Shown here in pieces: positions 51,042 through 61,222 of a stretch of 64,000 nucleotides of DNA. The notes under the pieces are model-generated. The model made no database searches. It was not told the DNA's origin and saw nothing but the letters and a program-made list of their open reading frames with translations. Source of the stretch: Spirochaetia bacterium (GTDB taxonomy: Bacteria > Spirochaetota > Spirochaetia > SZUA-6 > Bin103); contig OZ241863.1 in the NCBI GenBank assembly GCA_965203055.1, forward strand, positions 832,001 through 896,000, written 5' to 3'. Position 1 is the stretch's first letter. The number at the start of each line of letters is the position of its first letter. The position numbers and the translations under genes are program-made.

Positions 51042-52297
51042 ACGATGAGTTGGTACGTCCGTTTCCACTCAAGCGCTTGAAGCACGTCGTTTCGCTGCGA
51101 AGGTCGCGTGTGGCTGGCATTGGCCACGGTGGGCCATATGTCGGACTGGAGAACATCGAGTCTCGGACCGACAAGTTACTCTCCGGTGCCACTGATGCGG
51201 ACGCGCTTCAGCCGCCACCATTGGGTGCCTCGCCGCTCAGCAATTTCTTCGAGCGGGACGACGTACTCTTCGGCAAGCTGCGTCCTTATCTCGCCAAGAC
51301 ATGGGTCGCTGAGTTTTCCGGCCGGTGCTCCACCGAGCTATTGGTTATGAAGCCCGCCGAGATCGCCCCTGGCTTTCTTCGGTACGTCTGCCTTTGGCCT
51401 GAATTTGTGGACGCGGTGGATGCTTCGACCTTCGGATCGAAGATGCCACGGGCTGATTGGGACTTCATCGGCAATGTGGCCGTTCCGGTACCTGAGAGAC
51501 GCAAGCAGCGGGCGATCGCCGACTACCTTGACAGGGAGACGGCGCGGCTGGATGCGTTGGTTGCGGAACACCGGCGGTTGCTGCACCTGCTGGACGAGAA
51601 GCGCGGCGCGCTTGTCACCGGTGCGGTCATCCGCGGGCTGGATCGCACTGTTCCCTTCGGTGACTCCGGCGTGTCGTGGATAGGGGAGATTCCGGCGCAT
51701 TGGGAACTGTGGAAGCTGGGCCACGTGGCCTTGATCGGGAACGGATCGACCCCCAATCGCGGGCGTCGGGAGGACGGCGACGTTCCGTGGCTCAACAGCA
51801 GTGTCGTGAACCGAGGAGAGGTCACCGGTGCGGAGCAGTTCGTGACGCGGCGGGCGGTGCGGGAGTGCCACCTGCCGATCGTGAAGCGCGGGGCGGTACT
51901 GATCGCTATCACCGGCCAGGGGAAGACGCGGGGCCGCGCGGCCGTTCTCTCTATGGACGCCACGGTCAATCAGCATATCGCGTTCATCAGCTCCGGAGGG
52001 TCGCGCTTGTCGCCGTGGTACTTGAAGTGGACACTTTCCGCCGCCTACGATTACCTCAGAAGCATCAGCGACGACGTTGGCGGCACGAAGGGTGCGCTAA
52101 CCTGCGAGGAACTGGCTAATCTGCGCGTGCCGGTTCCGCCGGCAGCCGAGCAGCGGGAGATCGTGAGGGAGATCGCGGCGCGCACACGGGCGATCGATGA
52201 GTTGGCGGCTGAGGCGGAACGCACGGCAGCTCTTCTCAGGGAGCGGCGCTCGGCTCTGATCGCTGCCGCGGTAACGGGACGAATCGACCTGGGGTGA
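51038..52297 (+). CDS. hsdS: Type I R-M specificity subunit
   Basis: GKLRPYL TRD; QRAIADYLD; DSGVSWIGEIPAHW; PPAAEQ; ALIAAAVTG. Confidence 0.92.
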   Translation: MNDELVRPFPLKRLKHVVSLRRSRVAGIGHGGPYVGLENIESRTDKLLSGATDADALQPPPLGASPLSNFFERDDVLFGKLRPYLAKTWVAEFSGRCSTELLVMKPAEIAPGFLRYVCLWPEFVDAVDASTFGSKMPRADWDFIGNVAVPVPERRKQRAIADYLDRETARLDALVAEHRRLLHLLDEKRGALVTGAVIRGLDRTVPFGDSGVSWIGEIPAHWELWKLGHVALIGNGSTPNRGRREDGDVPWLNSSVVNRGEVTGAEQFVTRRAVRECHLPIVKRGAVLIAITGQGKTRGRAAVLSMDATVNQHIAFISSGGSRLSPWYLKWTLSAAYDYLRSISDDVGGTKGALTCEELANLRVPVPPAAEQREIVREIAARTRAIDELAAEAERTAALLRERRSALIAAAVTGRIDLG

Positions 52298-52304
52298 CTT
52301 CGAT

Positions 52305-52838
52305 ATGAGGGTGACTGATCTGAAGCTCGCTAACGTCCGCTCGATCAAGGCGGCGGAGCTGCGCTTCCAACCAGGGTTCAATTGGTGGTTGGAGACAACG
52401 GCGCCGGCAAGACCACGGTTCTCGAAGCGCTGGCGGTGTGCGTATCGGAATATGTACGCGCCAGTGCGGGAGGCCCGGACGTAAGGCCGTTCAAGAAGGA
52501 TGCGATTCGCATCGGTGCCGCATCCCTGGACGTGGAGTGCGGCTTCGTGGGTAACGGATCGTACCGGTTCGTGCTGCACAAGCATCGCGGACAGAAGGGA
52601 GGGAAAAGGGAGTTTATCGGGAATCAACCTGCCGGCGGCGCCGGGAAGGAGGACGGCTCCGGCGCAGGAGCCGGCTGCACCGATCGAGCGAAGTGGGAGG
52701 GGCGCCCCCTGGGTGTGCTGTACTCGACCGCTCGGGCGCGCCCGGAGGTCGTTGAATAGGTTGATCGACCAGGTCGTCTGCAACGACGCAGAAGTGACGA
52801 GAGTTCGTACTCTTCTTGACTTCGTGGAAGATAGTTAG
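52305..52838 (+). pseudogene. Decayed PtuA-like ABC ATPase (frameshift plus internal deletion)
   Basis: MRVTDLKLANVRSI..FQPGFN / LVVGDNGAGKTT across a frameshift at ~52382; no Walker B or H-loop remains. Confidence 0.65.
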
Positions 52839-53108
52839 GCGGCGCTACGGGGGCGACGGTACTATTCGGTCGGACGAACAGCGGTTCAACCAGCAACTGA
52901 ACGACGTTCTGAACCTTAATTTGGCTGGATCAAAAGCCAGCGAAAAGCGATTCTCGACGCGGTGCTCCAGTGGTGGAGGAAACAGCGAGGGGCGGCATCG
53001 AGGCAACTTGTGGAGCGGGAGATCGCACGCCACAGTTCACCGCCGCTCGCTCCATACGTGCAGGTCGCGATCTGGTGGCTGGAGCGGAAGCTGGCTCGGA
53101 GCGCATGA
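52839..53108 (+). pseudogene. 3' remnant of a PtuB-like HNH endonuclease
   Basis: YGGDGTIRSD..QLNDVLNLN and PYVQVAIWWLERKLARSA*; HNH core missing. Confidence 0.6.
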
Positions 53109-53119
53109 TGACGGCGGTG
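53071..53119 (+). repeat. Imperfect 49-bp direct repeat, copy 1
   Basis: 39/49 identical to 54257-54305; core ctcggagcgcatga(t/c)gacggcggtg. Confidence 0.85.
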
Positions 53120-53197
53120 GCCGATCCGCGCGACTCGCCGCCGCGCGCGCCGGCTTGACGCCGGAGCATGGCGAGGCTACGTTCTCTGCCGGGTCTC

Positions 53198-54229
53198 ATG
53201 GCCGAGTATCAGAAGCCGGACCGACCGGAGTCCGCCGCGGCGGAACCGCCGGTCAGCCATCCGCACGATAAGTACTTCTACAGCGTGTTCTCCGACACCA
53301 GGAACGCCGCCGACTTATTGCTCCCTTACCTTCCGCAGGAGGTCGCCCGCACGCTGCGGTGGTCATCGCTCACCCATGTGCCCGGCCGCTTCGTCAGCGA
53401 CGACTGGCGCGGCCGGGAGGCTGACCTGCTGTTCTCGGTCGAGCGGCAGGATTCCGGCCCGCCGGTGCTCGTCTACGTGCTGCTCGAACATCAATCCACG
53501 CCGGACCGGTGGATACGGCTGCGGTTGCTGAACTACTGCCTGATGGCCTGGATGAGGTGGCACCGGGAGCACGAGAACGAGCCGCAGTTGCCGCTGATCG
53601 TGCCGGTGGTATTCTATCAGGGAGCTGAGCCGTGGCGGTATGATCGGCAGTTCGCGGAGCTGGTTGCGGGGGCGGAGTCGGACTGGGGCTGGGTGCCGCG
53701 GTTCGAGCACCTGCTGATCGACCAGACGCGGCAGAGCCCTGAGACAGTGGCGGGAGCGGTGGGAACGCGGTTGGCGCAGCTCACGATGATGGCCACGTTC
53801 CGGGACACCTGGGAGGAGGTGCTGGAACAGGCGGCGCGGTTGATGAGAGAGATTTACCATGTCGACGGGTTCGATGCGGTAGCGCTGCACGTGGAGTACG
53901 TGCTGGCGGCGCAGCCGGAGGAACGGCATCCGGCGTTCGGGGAGGTGCTGCGCCGCAACGTGCCGGGCCGTGGAGGAGAACTGATGAACTACGTGGAACA
54001 GATGGTCGAGCGAGGTCGCCGGGAAGGGATGAGCAACGTGGAACGGATGGTCGAGCAAGGCCGCCAGGAAGGCCGTCAGGAAGGCGAGCTGAGGGGGCGG
54101 TTGCAAGCCGCCCAGGGATTGCTGGGCCGCGATGTCCCGTGGTCGACCATCGAGGCTGCCACCGGTATCGACGAGACCGCCTTCCGGCGCCTCAAGCAGC
54201 AGCTCGACGATAACGGCGCCGCCGAGTGA
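53198..54229 (+). CDS. rpn: Rpn/YhgA-like recombination-promoting nuclease (PD-(D/E)XK)
   Basis: [35 protein letters not shown] repeats; alternative start 53168. Confidence 0.9.
   Translation: MAEYQKPDRPESAAAEPPVSHPHDKYFYSVFSDTRNAADLLLPYLPQEVARTLRWSSLTHVPGRFVSDDWRGREADLLFSVERQDSGPPVLVYVLLEHQSTPDRWIRLRLLNYCLMAWMRWHREHENEPQLPLIVPVVFYQGAEPWRYDRQFAELVAGAESDWGWVPRFEHLLIDQTRQSPETVAGAVGTRLAQLTMMATFRDTWEEVLEQAARLMREIYHVDGFDAVALHVEYVLAAQPEERHPAFGEVLRRNVPGRGGELMNYVEQMVERGRREGMSNVERMVEQGRQEGRQEGELRGRLQAAQGLLGRDVPWSTIEAATGIDETAFRRLKQQLDDNGAAE
53984..54229 (+). CDS. Putative intragenic small Rpn protein (RpnS antitoxin), in frame
   Basis: GGAGGAG at 53972-53978, 5 nt before in-frame ATG 53984. Confidence 0.65.
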   Translation: MNYVEQMVERGRREGMSNVERMVEQGRQEGRQEGELRGRLQAAQGLLGRDVPWSTIEAATGIDETAFRRLKQQLDDNGAAE

Positions 54230-54256
54230 TAGGGCGGCCGGGGGGCCGCTTCCCGG

Positions 54257-54305
54257 TCTGGTAGCTGAACCGCTCGGCGACTCGGAGCGCATGACGACGG
54301 CGGTG
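54257..54305 (+). repeat. Imperfect 49-bp direct repeat, copy 2 (contains hsdR start)
   Basis: See copy 1; ATG 54291 corresponds to ATG 53105. Confidence 0.85.
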
Positions 54306-57300
54306 ATGAAGCGGACCGGCGAGGCGGCGTTCGAGACGGTGATCGAAGCGCACCTGCTGGCGAACGGCTACGTGTCGGTTCCCGGTGACGCCTTCGACCG
54401 GGAGCGGGCCATCTTTCCCGCCGCGGCGCTCGACTTCATCCGCCGGACGCAGCCCAAGGAGTGGGGGCGGCTCGAAGCGCTGCTCGGGCCGCAGACCGGC
54501 GCGCAGATCCTGGCCGATCTGTGCTCCTGGATGGACACGCACGGCGCCTTGGCGACGCTCCGGCACGGATTCAAGTGCTACGGCAGGACCTTGTACGCGG
54601 CGTTCTTCAAGGCGGCGCACGATCTGAACCCGGAGCTGAACGCGCGCTACGCCGCCAACCGCACCGGCATCACGCGCCAGCTTCGCTTTTCGCCGCACTC
54701 GCAGCAATCGCTCGACGTGACGCTGAGCGTCAACGGCATTCCGGTCGCCACCCTGGAGCTGAAGAACCCGCTCACCGGACAGACGGTCGCGGACGCCCGC
54801 CGGCAGTACCGCGCGGACCGCGACCCGCGGGCGCCGATCTTCGCCTTCAAGCGGCGCACCCTCGTCCACTTCGCCGTGGATACCGAGTCGGTGCTGATGA
54901 CGACGCGGCTCGCCGGTGACGCCACGCGCTTTCTGCCCTTCGACCGGGGCTGCGCCGGCGGCGCCGGCAATCCTCCCGACCCCGACGGCCGCAGCTACCG
55001 CACCGCGTACCTGTGGGAGGAGGTGCTGCAGCGCGACAGCCTGCTCGACCTGCTGGCGCGCTTCATCCACCTGCAGGCAGCGGAGAAGCGCGACGACCGC
55101 GGCCGCAAGGTGAAGGCGGAGACGATGATCTTTCCCCGCTACCACCAGCTCGAAGCGGTGCGCCTCCTGGTCGCCGCCGCGCGCCGCGAGGGCGTGGGCC
55201 ACAACGCCCTGATCAAGCACTCGGCGGGCAGCGGCAAGAGCAATACCATCGCCTGGCTCACGCATCGCCTGGCGTCGCTGCACGACGCCGGCAACGCCCG
55301 CGTGTTCGACAGCGTGATCGTGGTGACCGACCGCGTGGTGCTCGATCAGCAGCTGCAGGACACCATCTACCAGTTCGAGCACAAGCGCGGCGTGGTGCGC
55401 AAGATCGACGAGGATTCGCGCCAGCTCGCCGAGGCGCTGGAGAGCGCGGCTCCGGTCATCATCACCACGCTGCAGAAGTTCCCCTTCGTCTCCCGACAGC
55501 TTCTCCGCATGGCCGAGGAGCGGGGCGCCGACGCGACCGGGGTGCTGCCGACCCGACGCTGCGCGGTGATCATCGACGAAGCGCACAGCTCCCAGGGGGG
55601 CGAGACCGCGACCGCGCTCAAGGAGGTGCTCGGCGGCGCGGAGCTGCGCGCGGAAGCGACCGCGCGCGCGGCCGGCGAGGGCCTGGAAGGAGAACACGCG
55701 CAGGAGCTGTTCCTGAGCATGGCCAAGCGCGGCCGGCAGCCCAACCTGAGCTGCTTTGCCTTCACGGCGACGCCCAAGCACAAGACGCTCAAGGTGTTCG
55801 GGCGCGGCGGCGAGCCGGTCCACCGCTACCCCATGCGCCAAGCGATCGAGGAGGGATTCATCCTCGACGTCCTGCGGCACTACACCACCTATGCCACCTA
55901 CTACCGGCTGCTCAAGGAGTGCGCGGACGATCCGCAGGTGGAGCGGAAGAACGCCGCCAAGGCGCTCGCGCGCTTTCTGAAGCTGCACCCGCACAACATC
56001 GCGCAGAAGACCGAGATCATGGTCGAGCACTTCCACGCCGTCACCCGCCACCGGATCGGCGGGCACGCCAAGGCGATGGTGGTCACCGGATCGCGGCTGG
56101 AGGCGGTACGCTTCAAGCAGAGCTTCGACCGCTACATCGCGCGCAAGGGCTATCCGATCAAGTCGCTGGTCGCGTTTTCGGGCGTGGTCGAGGACGACCG
56201 GATCGCCGGCGCGGCCTATACCGAGGAGCGGATGAACGCTGGCGTGCGCGAGAAGGAGCTGCCGGAACGCTTCGCGACGCCGGAGTATCAGGTGCTGCTG
56301 GTGGCCGAGAAGTATCAGACCGGCTTCGATCAGCCGCTGCTCCATACGATGTACGTCGACAAGCGGCTCGCCGGCATCCAGGCGGTGCAGACGCTGTCGC
56401 GGCTCAACCGCACCCACCCGCTCAAGGAAGACACCTTCGTCCTCGACTTCGTCAACGACCGCGACGAGATCCGCGCCGCCTTCGCCGCCTACTACGAAGG
56501 CGCGGAGCTGGGCGCCGAGGTCGATCCCGCCCGGATGTACGCGATCAAGGCCGAGCTCGATGCCTCCGGCGTGTACCTTCCCGAAGAAGTCGAACGCTTC
56601 TGCGCCGTGTACTTCAAGCCCCGGCAGCGCCAGAGCGCCGCGGATCATCAGGCGCTCAACGCCGCGCTGGACCCGGCGGCGTCCCGCTTCACCGCGCTCC
56701 TCAAGGAGGATGAAGCGGAGGCCGAGCAGTGGCGCGGCAAGCTGCGCGCGTTGCGCAACCTCTACGGGTTTCTGAGCCAGGTGATCCCCTATCAGGACTC
56801 CGATCTGGAGCGGCTCTACGTCTACCTGCGCCACCTTGCCGTCAAGCTGCCGCGGCGGCGTTCCGGGCCGGCCTACGATTTTGACGACGACGTGCGCCTG
56901 GAGTACTACCGCCTGCAGAAGATCAGCGAGGGCTCGATCGCGCTCGGCTCGGCTGCCGGGCAAGCCCTGGATGGGCCGACCGAGGTCGGCAGCGGCGCCG
57001 CCCGCGAGCAGGAGGTCCCGCTGTCGCGGCTCATCGATATCGTCAACGAACGGTTCGGTACCGACTTCATCGAGGCCGACCAGCTCTTCTTCGACCAGCT
57101 CGTCGCGGCGGCGGCCGCCGATGACGAGCTGCGGCAGACCGCGGCGGTCAATCCCGCAAGCAAGTTCGAGCTGGTGTTCCGCAGCCTGATCGACCGCCTG
57201 TTCGTGGAGCGGATGGACCAGAACGAGGATATCTTCGTCCGCTACATGAACGATGCGCCCTTCAGGCAGGTCGTGAGCGAATGGCTGGCCGCGCAGGCCT

Positions 57301-57878
57301 ACCGGCGGCTCCGGGAGGTTCGGGCCGAAGCGGAAGCGGAGCCGGCGGAGCCCGAACGCTTGCTGATCGTCGCCGGCCGGCCCGAGGAACGCTACGTTAC
57401 CTGCGTGCCCCTGGTCCCCCTGGCGGTGGCCGCCGGCGCCTTCGGCAATCCGCAGACCGTGGCCGCGGAGGATGCCTGGGAGTGGGTGGAGGTCGATACC
57501 GCGCGCCGGCTGCGGCCGGGCATGTTCGTGGCGCAGGTCGCCGGCCGCTCCATGGAGCCGCTGGTTCCCGACGGCGCCTATGCCCTGTTCCGTGCGCCGG
57601 TGGAAGGCACGCGGCAGCGCAAGACCGTGTTGGTTCAGCTGCGCGGCGCCGTCGACCCCGAAACCGGCGCGCGCTACACGCTCAAGCGCTACGCCGGCGA
57701 GCGGGTTGCGGACGGCGATTCCTGGCGCCACGCCAAGATCACGCTGCACCCGGTCAATCCCGAATTCGATCCCATCGTGTTCACCGCCGCGGACGCCGGC
57801 GAGCTGACCGAGGTCGCGGAGCTGGTGGAAGTGCTCGGGTTCACGGCAGCAAGGCGGGCCGGGGACGTCTCCCGATGA
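54291..57878 (+). CDS. hsdR: Type I restriction subunit R fused to a C-terminal S24 (LexA/UmuD-like) peptidase domain
   Basis: [32 protein letters not shown]; then [24 protein letters not shown]. Confidence 0.9.
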   Translation: MTTAVMKRTGEAAFETVIEAHLLANGYVSVPGDAFDRERAIFPAAALDFIRRTQPKEWGRLEALLGPQTGAQILADLCSWMDTHGALATLRHGFKCYGRTLYAAFFKAAHDLNPELNARYAANRTGITRQLRFSPHSQQSLDVTLSVNGIPVATLELKNPLTGQTVADARRQYRADRDPRAPIFAFKRRTLVHFAVDTESVLMTTRLAGDATRFLPFDRGCAGGAGNPPDPDGRSYRTAYLWEEVLQRDSLLDLLARFIHLQAAEKRDDRGRKVKAETMIFPRYHQLEAVRLLVAAARREGVGHNALIKHSAGSGKSNTIAWLTHRLASLHDAGNARVFDSVIVVTDRVVLDQQLQDTIYQFEHKRGVVRKIDEDSRQLAEALESAAPVIITTLQKFPFVSRQLLRMAEERGADATGVLPTRRCAVIIDEAHSSQGGETATALKEVLGGAELRAEATARAAGEGLEGEHAQELFLSMAKRGRQPNLSCFAFTATPKHKTLKVFGRGGEPVHRYPMRQAIEEGFILDVLRHYTTYATYYRLLKECADDPQVERKNAAKALARFLKLHPHNIAQKTEIMVEHFHAVTRHRIGGHAKAMVVTGSRLEAVRFKQSFDRYIARKGYPIKSLVAFSGVVEDDRIAGAAYTEERMNAGVREKELPERFATPEYQVLLVAEKYQTGFDQPLLHTMYVDKRLAGIQAVQTLSRLNRTHPLKEDTFVLDFVNDRDEIRAAFAAYYEGAELGAEVDPARMYAIKAELDASGVYLPEEVERFCAVYFKPRQRQSAADHQALNAALDPAASRFTALLKEDEAEAEQWRGKLRALRNLYGFLSQVIPYQDSDLERLYVYLRHLAVKLPRRRSGPAYDFDDDVRLEYYRLQKISEGSIALGSAAGQALDGPTEVGSGAAREQEVPLSRLIDIVNERFGTDFIEADQLFFDQLVAAAAADDELRQTAAVNPASKFELVFRSLIDRLFVERMDQNEDIFVRYMNDAPFRQVVSEWLAAQAYRRLREVRAEAEAEPAEPERLLIVAGRPEERYVTCVPLVPLAVAAGAFGNPQTVAAEDAWEWVEVDTARRLRPGMFVAQVAGRSMEPLVPDGAYALFRAPVEGTRQRKTVLVQLRGAVDPETGARYTLKRYAGERVADGDSWRHAKITLHPVNPEFDPIVFTAADAGELTEVAELVEVLGFTAARRAGDVSR

Positions 57879-59662
57879 GATTGCTGCACTACCTGGAGAT
57901 CCGGAACTTCAAGCACTTCGGCGCAGGACAGCGCATCGAGCTCGATCACCCGGCGGTGTTGATCGGGCCGAACAACTGCGGCAAGACGACCGCGATCCAG
58001 GCGATCGCGCTGTGGTCGCAGGCGGTCAGAACCTGGTACGAAGCCAAAGGCCGATCCAGGCCGAAAGAGCGAACCGCAACGTCGCTCAACCGCCTGAACA
58101 TCGTCTCCGTTCCGGTGCAGCGCACGCGGTACTTCTGGCACAATACCGCCGTTCGTACCGGCAACCGGGATATTCCGATCCAGATCACGGTCGGAGTTCA
58201 GCGCGGCAACAGCGTCGAGCCGGTGACCATGCGGTTTCGCAATCAAGGCGAGGATCTGGTCTACTGCACGCCGGATGAAGTCACGCTGCGAAATCCCGAT
58301 GCCATCGCGGCGGCGGCCGGATTGAGCGTCCATCTGCTCTATCCGATGTCGGGGATGGAGACCGACGAGCCGATCCTCCAGCCCGGCCGCATCGACTACC
58401 TGCTGGGAAGGGGCCAGACCGCGCAGGTATTGCGGAACCTGTGTCTGCTGGTCTTACAGAACTCCCCGGAAGACTGGCAGGAGATCGTCCGTCTGATCCG
58501 GCGTCTGTTCTCGGTGGAACTGAGCGATCCCACGGAGAACGCCCGCGGCAGCATAGCCCTCTTCTACCGTCAGCCGGCCGTGAGAGAGGCGCTGGAAGTG
58601 TCGGTCGCCGGCCGCGGGCTGCAGCAGTTGCTCCTGATCTTCGCCTACCTCTATTCGCATCGGAACGCGGTGCTCCTGATCGACGAACCGGACGCTCACC
58701 TGGAAATCCTCAGGCAACGGCAGGTGTATGTCCTGCTGAGGGAAATCGCCGCTCAGAACGAATCTCAGGTCGTCCTGGTCACCCACTCGGAAGTCGTGCT
58801 CGAGGAAGCGCTCGGCCGTAACGTCACGCTATTGCTCGGCAGCAAAGCGGACAACCTGGCCGGCAAACCGGAGATCCGCAACGCCCTTACGTACTTCGGC
58901 GCCGAGCACTACGTCCGCGCCGTCCAGCACGGCTACGTGCTCTATGTCGAAGGCACGACCGACCTCGACATCCTGAGAGAATTCGCCATCAGAATCGACC
59001 ACCCGGTGGCAAAGCAATGGGATGAACGGATCAACGCGTTCTACGTCGCCGATGGCCACCCGCACGCCGATCTCGACGCGGAGCTGGAACGGGTCGAAGG
59101 CGGGTATGGACTGACACCGAAGCAGCACTTCTACACGCTGCGCGACCTGGTTCCCGGGCTGAGCGGCCTTGCCATCCTCGACGACGATGGACGGGCGCGG
59201 CAGGACTCCGACGAGGGAGGTCTCCGCACCGTCTATTGGAAGCGTTATGAGGCGGAGAACTACTTCGTCACGCCCGAGGCGCTTCGGCGTCACGTTGCCG
59301 AGCACTACGGGACCGGGTTGTTCTCGAACGCGGCCGAAGAAGTTCTCGATGCGCTGATCCGCGAACGCGTCTTCGATGCCCGGCAGTTCGCCGCCTGGAA
59401 GGGCGCCGACGCCGATACGGCTCAGGTGTTGTGGGATGCTAGGACGGAGCGCCTGAAGCTGAGCGAGTTTGCCGAGGAGTTCTTTCGCCGCCTGGGTCAA
59501 CGCCTGGGACACTCGATGCTGCTCAGGAAGGGAGAACTGTACCGCCTCATCCGCCGCGTGGATCCCGCCTCCATACTGCTGGAAGTAGAACAGAAGCTCG
59601 ACCTCATGCAGGCGCTCTTCAATCGCTCCAGGCATGGCGCTGGCGGCGGGCGCGCCCGATGA
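57875..59662 (+). CDS. ABC/OLD-type ATPase with C-terminal TOPRIM-like domain
   Basis: [43 protein letters not shown] overlap with hsdR. Confidence 0.82.
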   Translation: MRLLHYLEIRNFKHFGAGQRIELDHPAVLIGPNNCGKTTAIQAIALWSQAVRTWYEAKGRSRPKERTATSLNRLNIVSVPVQRTRYFWHNTAVRTGNRDIPIQITVGVQRGNSVEPVTMRFRNQGEDLVYCTPDEVTLRNPDAIAAAAGLSVHLLYPMSGMETDEPILQPGRIDYLLGRGQTAQVLRNLCLLVLQNSPEDWQEIVRLIRRLFSVELSDPTENARGSIALFYRQPAVREALEVSVAGRGLQQLLLIFAYLYSHRNAVLLIDEPDAHLEILRQRQVYVLLREIAAQNESQVVLVTHSEVVLEEALGRNVTLLLGSKADNLAGKPEIRNALTYFGAEHYVRAVQHGYVLYVEGTTDLDILREFAIRIDHPVAKQWDERINAFYVADGHPHADLDAELERVEGGYGLTPKQHFYTLRDLVPGLSGLAILDDDGRARQDSDEGGLRTVYWKRYEAENYFVTPEALRRHVAEHYGTGLFSNAAEEVLDALIRERVFDARQFAAWKGADADTAQVLWDARTERLKLSEFAEEFFRRLGQRLGHSMLLRKGELYRLIRRVDPASILLEVEQKLDLMQALFNRSRHGAGGGRAR

Positions 59663-59754
59663 GATCACGCTGCGAAGTCCCGACGGGGTCACGCGGTATC
59701 CGTTCCGGCGCCTGTTCTTCGTCGCGGTCCGCCGCTGACCGGCTTGGCCGCCGG

Positions 59755-61215
59755 CTACGGCGCGGCGCCGGGCAGGGTGACGTCGGGGAGCGGAAACCGG
59801 TCGCCGGTGGCCTCGATCCAGTGCGCGAGCAGGGCGTGGCAGCGCTCCTTCTGCTCCTGGAACGAGAGATCGTAGACGCAGTTGGCCTGCTCGTAGGGGT
59901 CGTTGGCGGTGTCGAACAGGAGCCAGTCGTTGCCGGGGGTGCAGGCGTACTTCCAGCCGTCGCGGGTCACCACCCCGCGCCACGGGCGGTGCACGGTGCG
60001 GGGCTGCAGCTTGGGCGGAATCTGCTGCAGAAACGCGCTCTGCGGTTCCGCCTCCGGCTGCGGCGCGGCGCGGTACTCCGGCGCGTCCGGCAGGATGCAA
60101 TGGGCGGAGTAGTCGTGCCCGGCCATGCCGCCGGGAACGTCGATGTTGCAGAGTCCGAGGCTGGTGGGCGCGATGTCGACGTGATTGAGCACCGCGCCGC
60201 TGGCGCCCACCGGCATGTGATAGGCGCCGCCCGCGCGGTGGACGATGAACGGAATCCTGATCGCCTCCTCCCAGGGGGCGGACTTCCCGTACTGGCCGTG
60301 GCTGCCGAGCATGTCGCCGTGGTCCGAGAAGAACACCACGTAGGTGTCGCGGTCGACGCCCATCTGCGTCAACGCCTGGCGGATGCGGCCGATGTTGTAG
60401 TCCAGATTCTCGATCATCGCGTAGTAGCCGGCGAGTTGGAGGCGGGCGCGCGCCCGGATGGCCGGCGCCGCCGGCACGTTGGGCCGCAGGCGGAGGCTGG
60501 CCGGGTGGATGCGCGGCGCGCCGTAGGCGGGGTTGGTGGGCGGCACGGTGGGGCCGTGCGGCGGCTGCACCGAGAGCACGGCGAAGAATGGCTGGTAGGC
60601 GGGGCCGGCGTCGGCCGGGGTCAGCGCGCCGCCCGCTTCGGCCCGGCGCCGGCCGCCGCCCACGTGGCTGCGCAGGTGGTCGATGAGCAGGTCGCTCAGG
60701 GCGTCGGTCTCGTAGCCGGGCAGCCGCTGCGGCCCCTCGCCGTCGCTGCCGTGCACGTAGCAGTCGTGCTGGTTGTTGTTGTTCTCGTAGCCCATCCAGT
60801 AGCGAAAGCCGCCGCGCCGCTCCGGGGGCACGTAGTGCGTGCGGTCGTTGCTGCCGTCCAGGTGCCACTTGCCGACGTACGCGGTGTGGTAGCCGGCGGC
60901 GGCGAACGCATGCGCCGCGGTGGGGAACTCCGGCGCCAGCGGCGACGGGGTGCGCACGGCGCCGGTCTGATGCGGGTAGCGGCCGGTAAGCAGCGCGGCG
61001 CGAAACGGCGTGCACCACGGCGCGCCGGCCACCGCGCAGTCGAAGCGCATGCCCTCCCGCGCCAGATTGTCGATGTTGGGCGTGAACACGTTGTCGTCGC
61101 CGCGGTAGCTGGTGGCGTGGGCGCGGTGCTGGTCGCCGAAGATCCACAGCACGTTCGGCGGCCGCGGGGTGCGCAGGGTGAGGCGTTCGCTCACGGATTT
61201 GCCCTCGGTGTCCAT
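59755..61215 (-). CDS. Sulfatase (formylglycine-dependent)
   Basis: PNVLWIFGDQHR, CTPFR..LTGRY, GKWHL, SDHG. Confidence 0.93.
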   Translation of the reverse strand: MDTEGKSVSERLTLRTPRPPNVLWIFGDQHRAHATSYRGDDNVFTPNIDNLAREGMRFDCAVAGAPWCTPFRAALLTGRYPHQTGAVRTPSPLAPEFPTAAHAFAAAGYHTAYVGKWHLDGSNDRTHYVPPERRGGFRYWMGYENNNNQHDCYVHGSDGEGPQRLPGYETDALSDLLIDHLRSHVGGGRRRAEAGGALTPADAGPAYQPFFAVLSVQPPHGPTVPPTNPAYGAPRIHPASLRLRPNVPAAPAIRARARLQLAGYYAMIENLDYNIGRIRQALTQMGVDRDTYVVFFSDHGDMLGSHGQYGKSAPWEEAIRIPFIVHRAGGAYHMPVGASGAVLNHVDIAPTSLGLCNIDVPGGMAGHDYSAHCILPDAPEYRAAPQPEAEPQSAFLQQIPPKLQPRTVHRPWRGVVTRDGWKYACTPGNDWLLFDTANDPYEQANCVYDLSFQEQKERCHALLAHWIEATGDRFPLPDVTLPGAAP

Positions 61216-61222
61216 TTGTCCG

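Noticed and set aside
15017..52297. hsdS shufflon or inversion between the two oppositely oriented hsdS genes
   Set aside because: Conserved regions are similar only at protein level; no long identical inverted repeats and no recombinase seen.
52305..53160. Retron associated with the PtuAB remnant
   Set aside because: No reverse transcriptase or msr/msd-like structure found in the window.
54192..57749. 1185-aa minus-strand ORF
   Set aside because: Antisense to hsdR2; codon-bias artefact.
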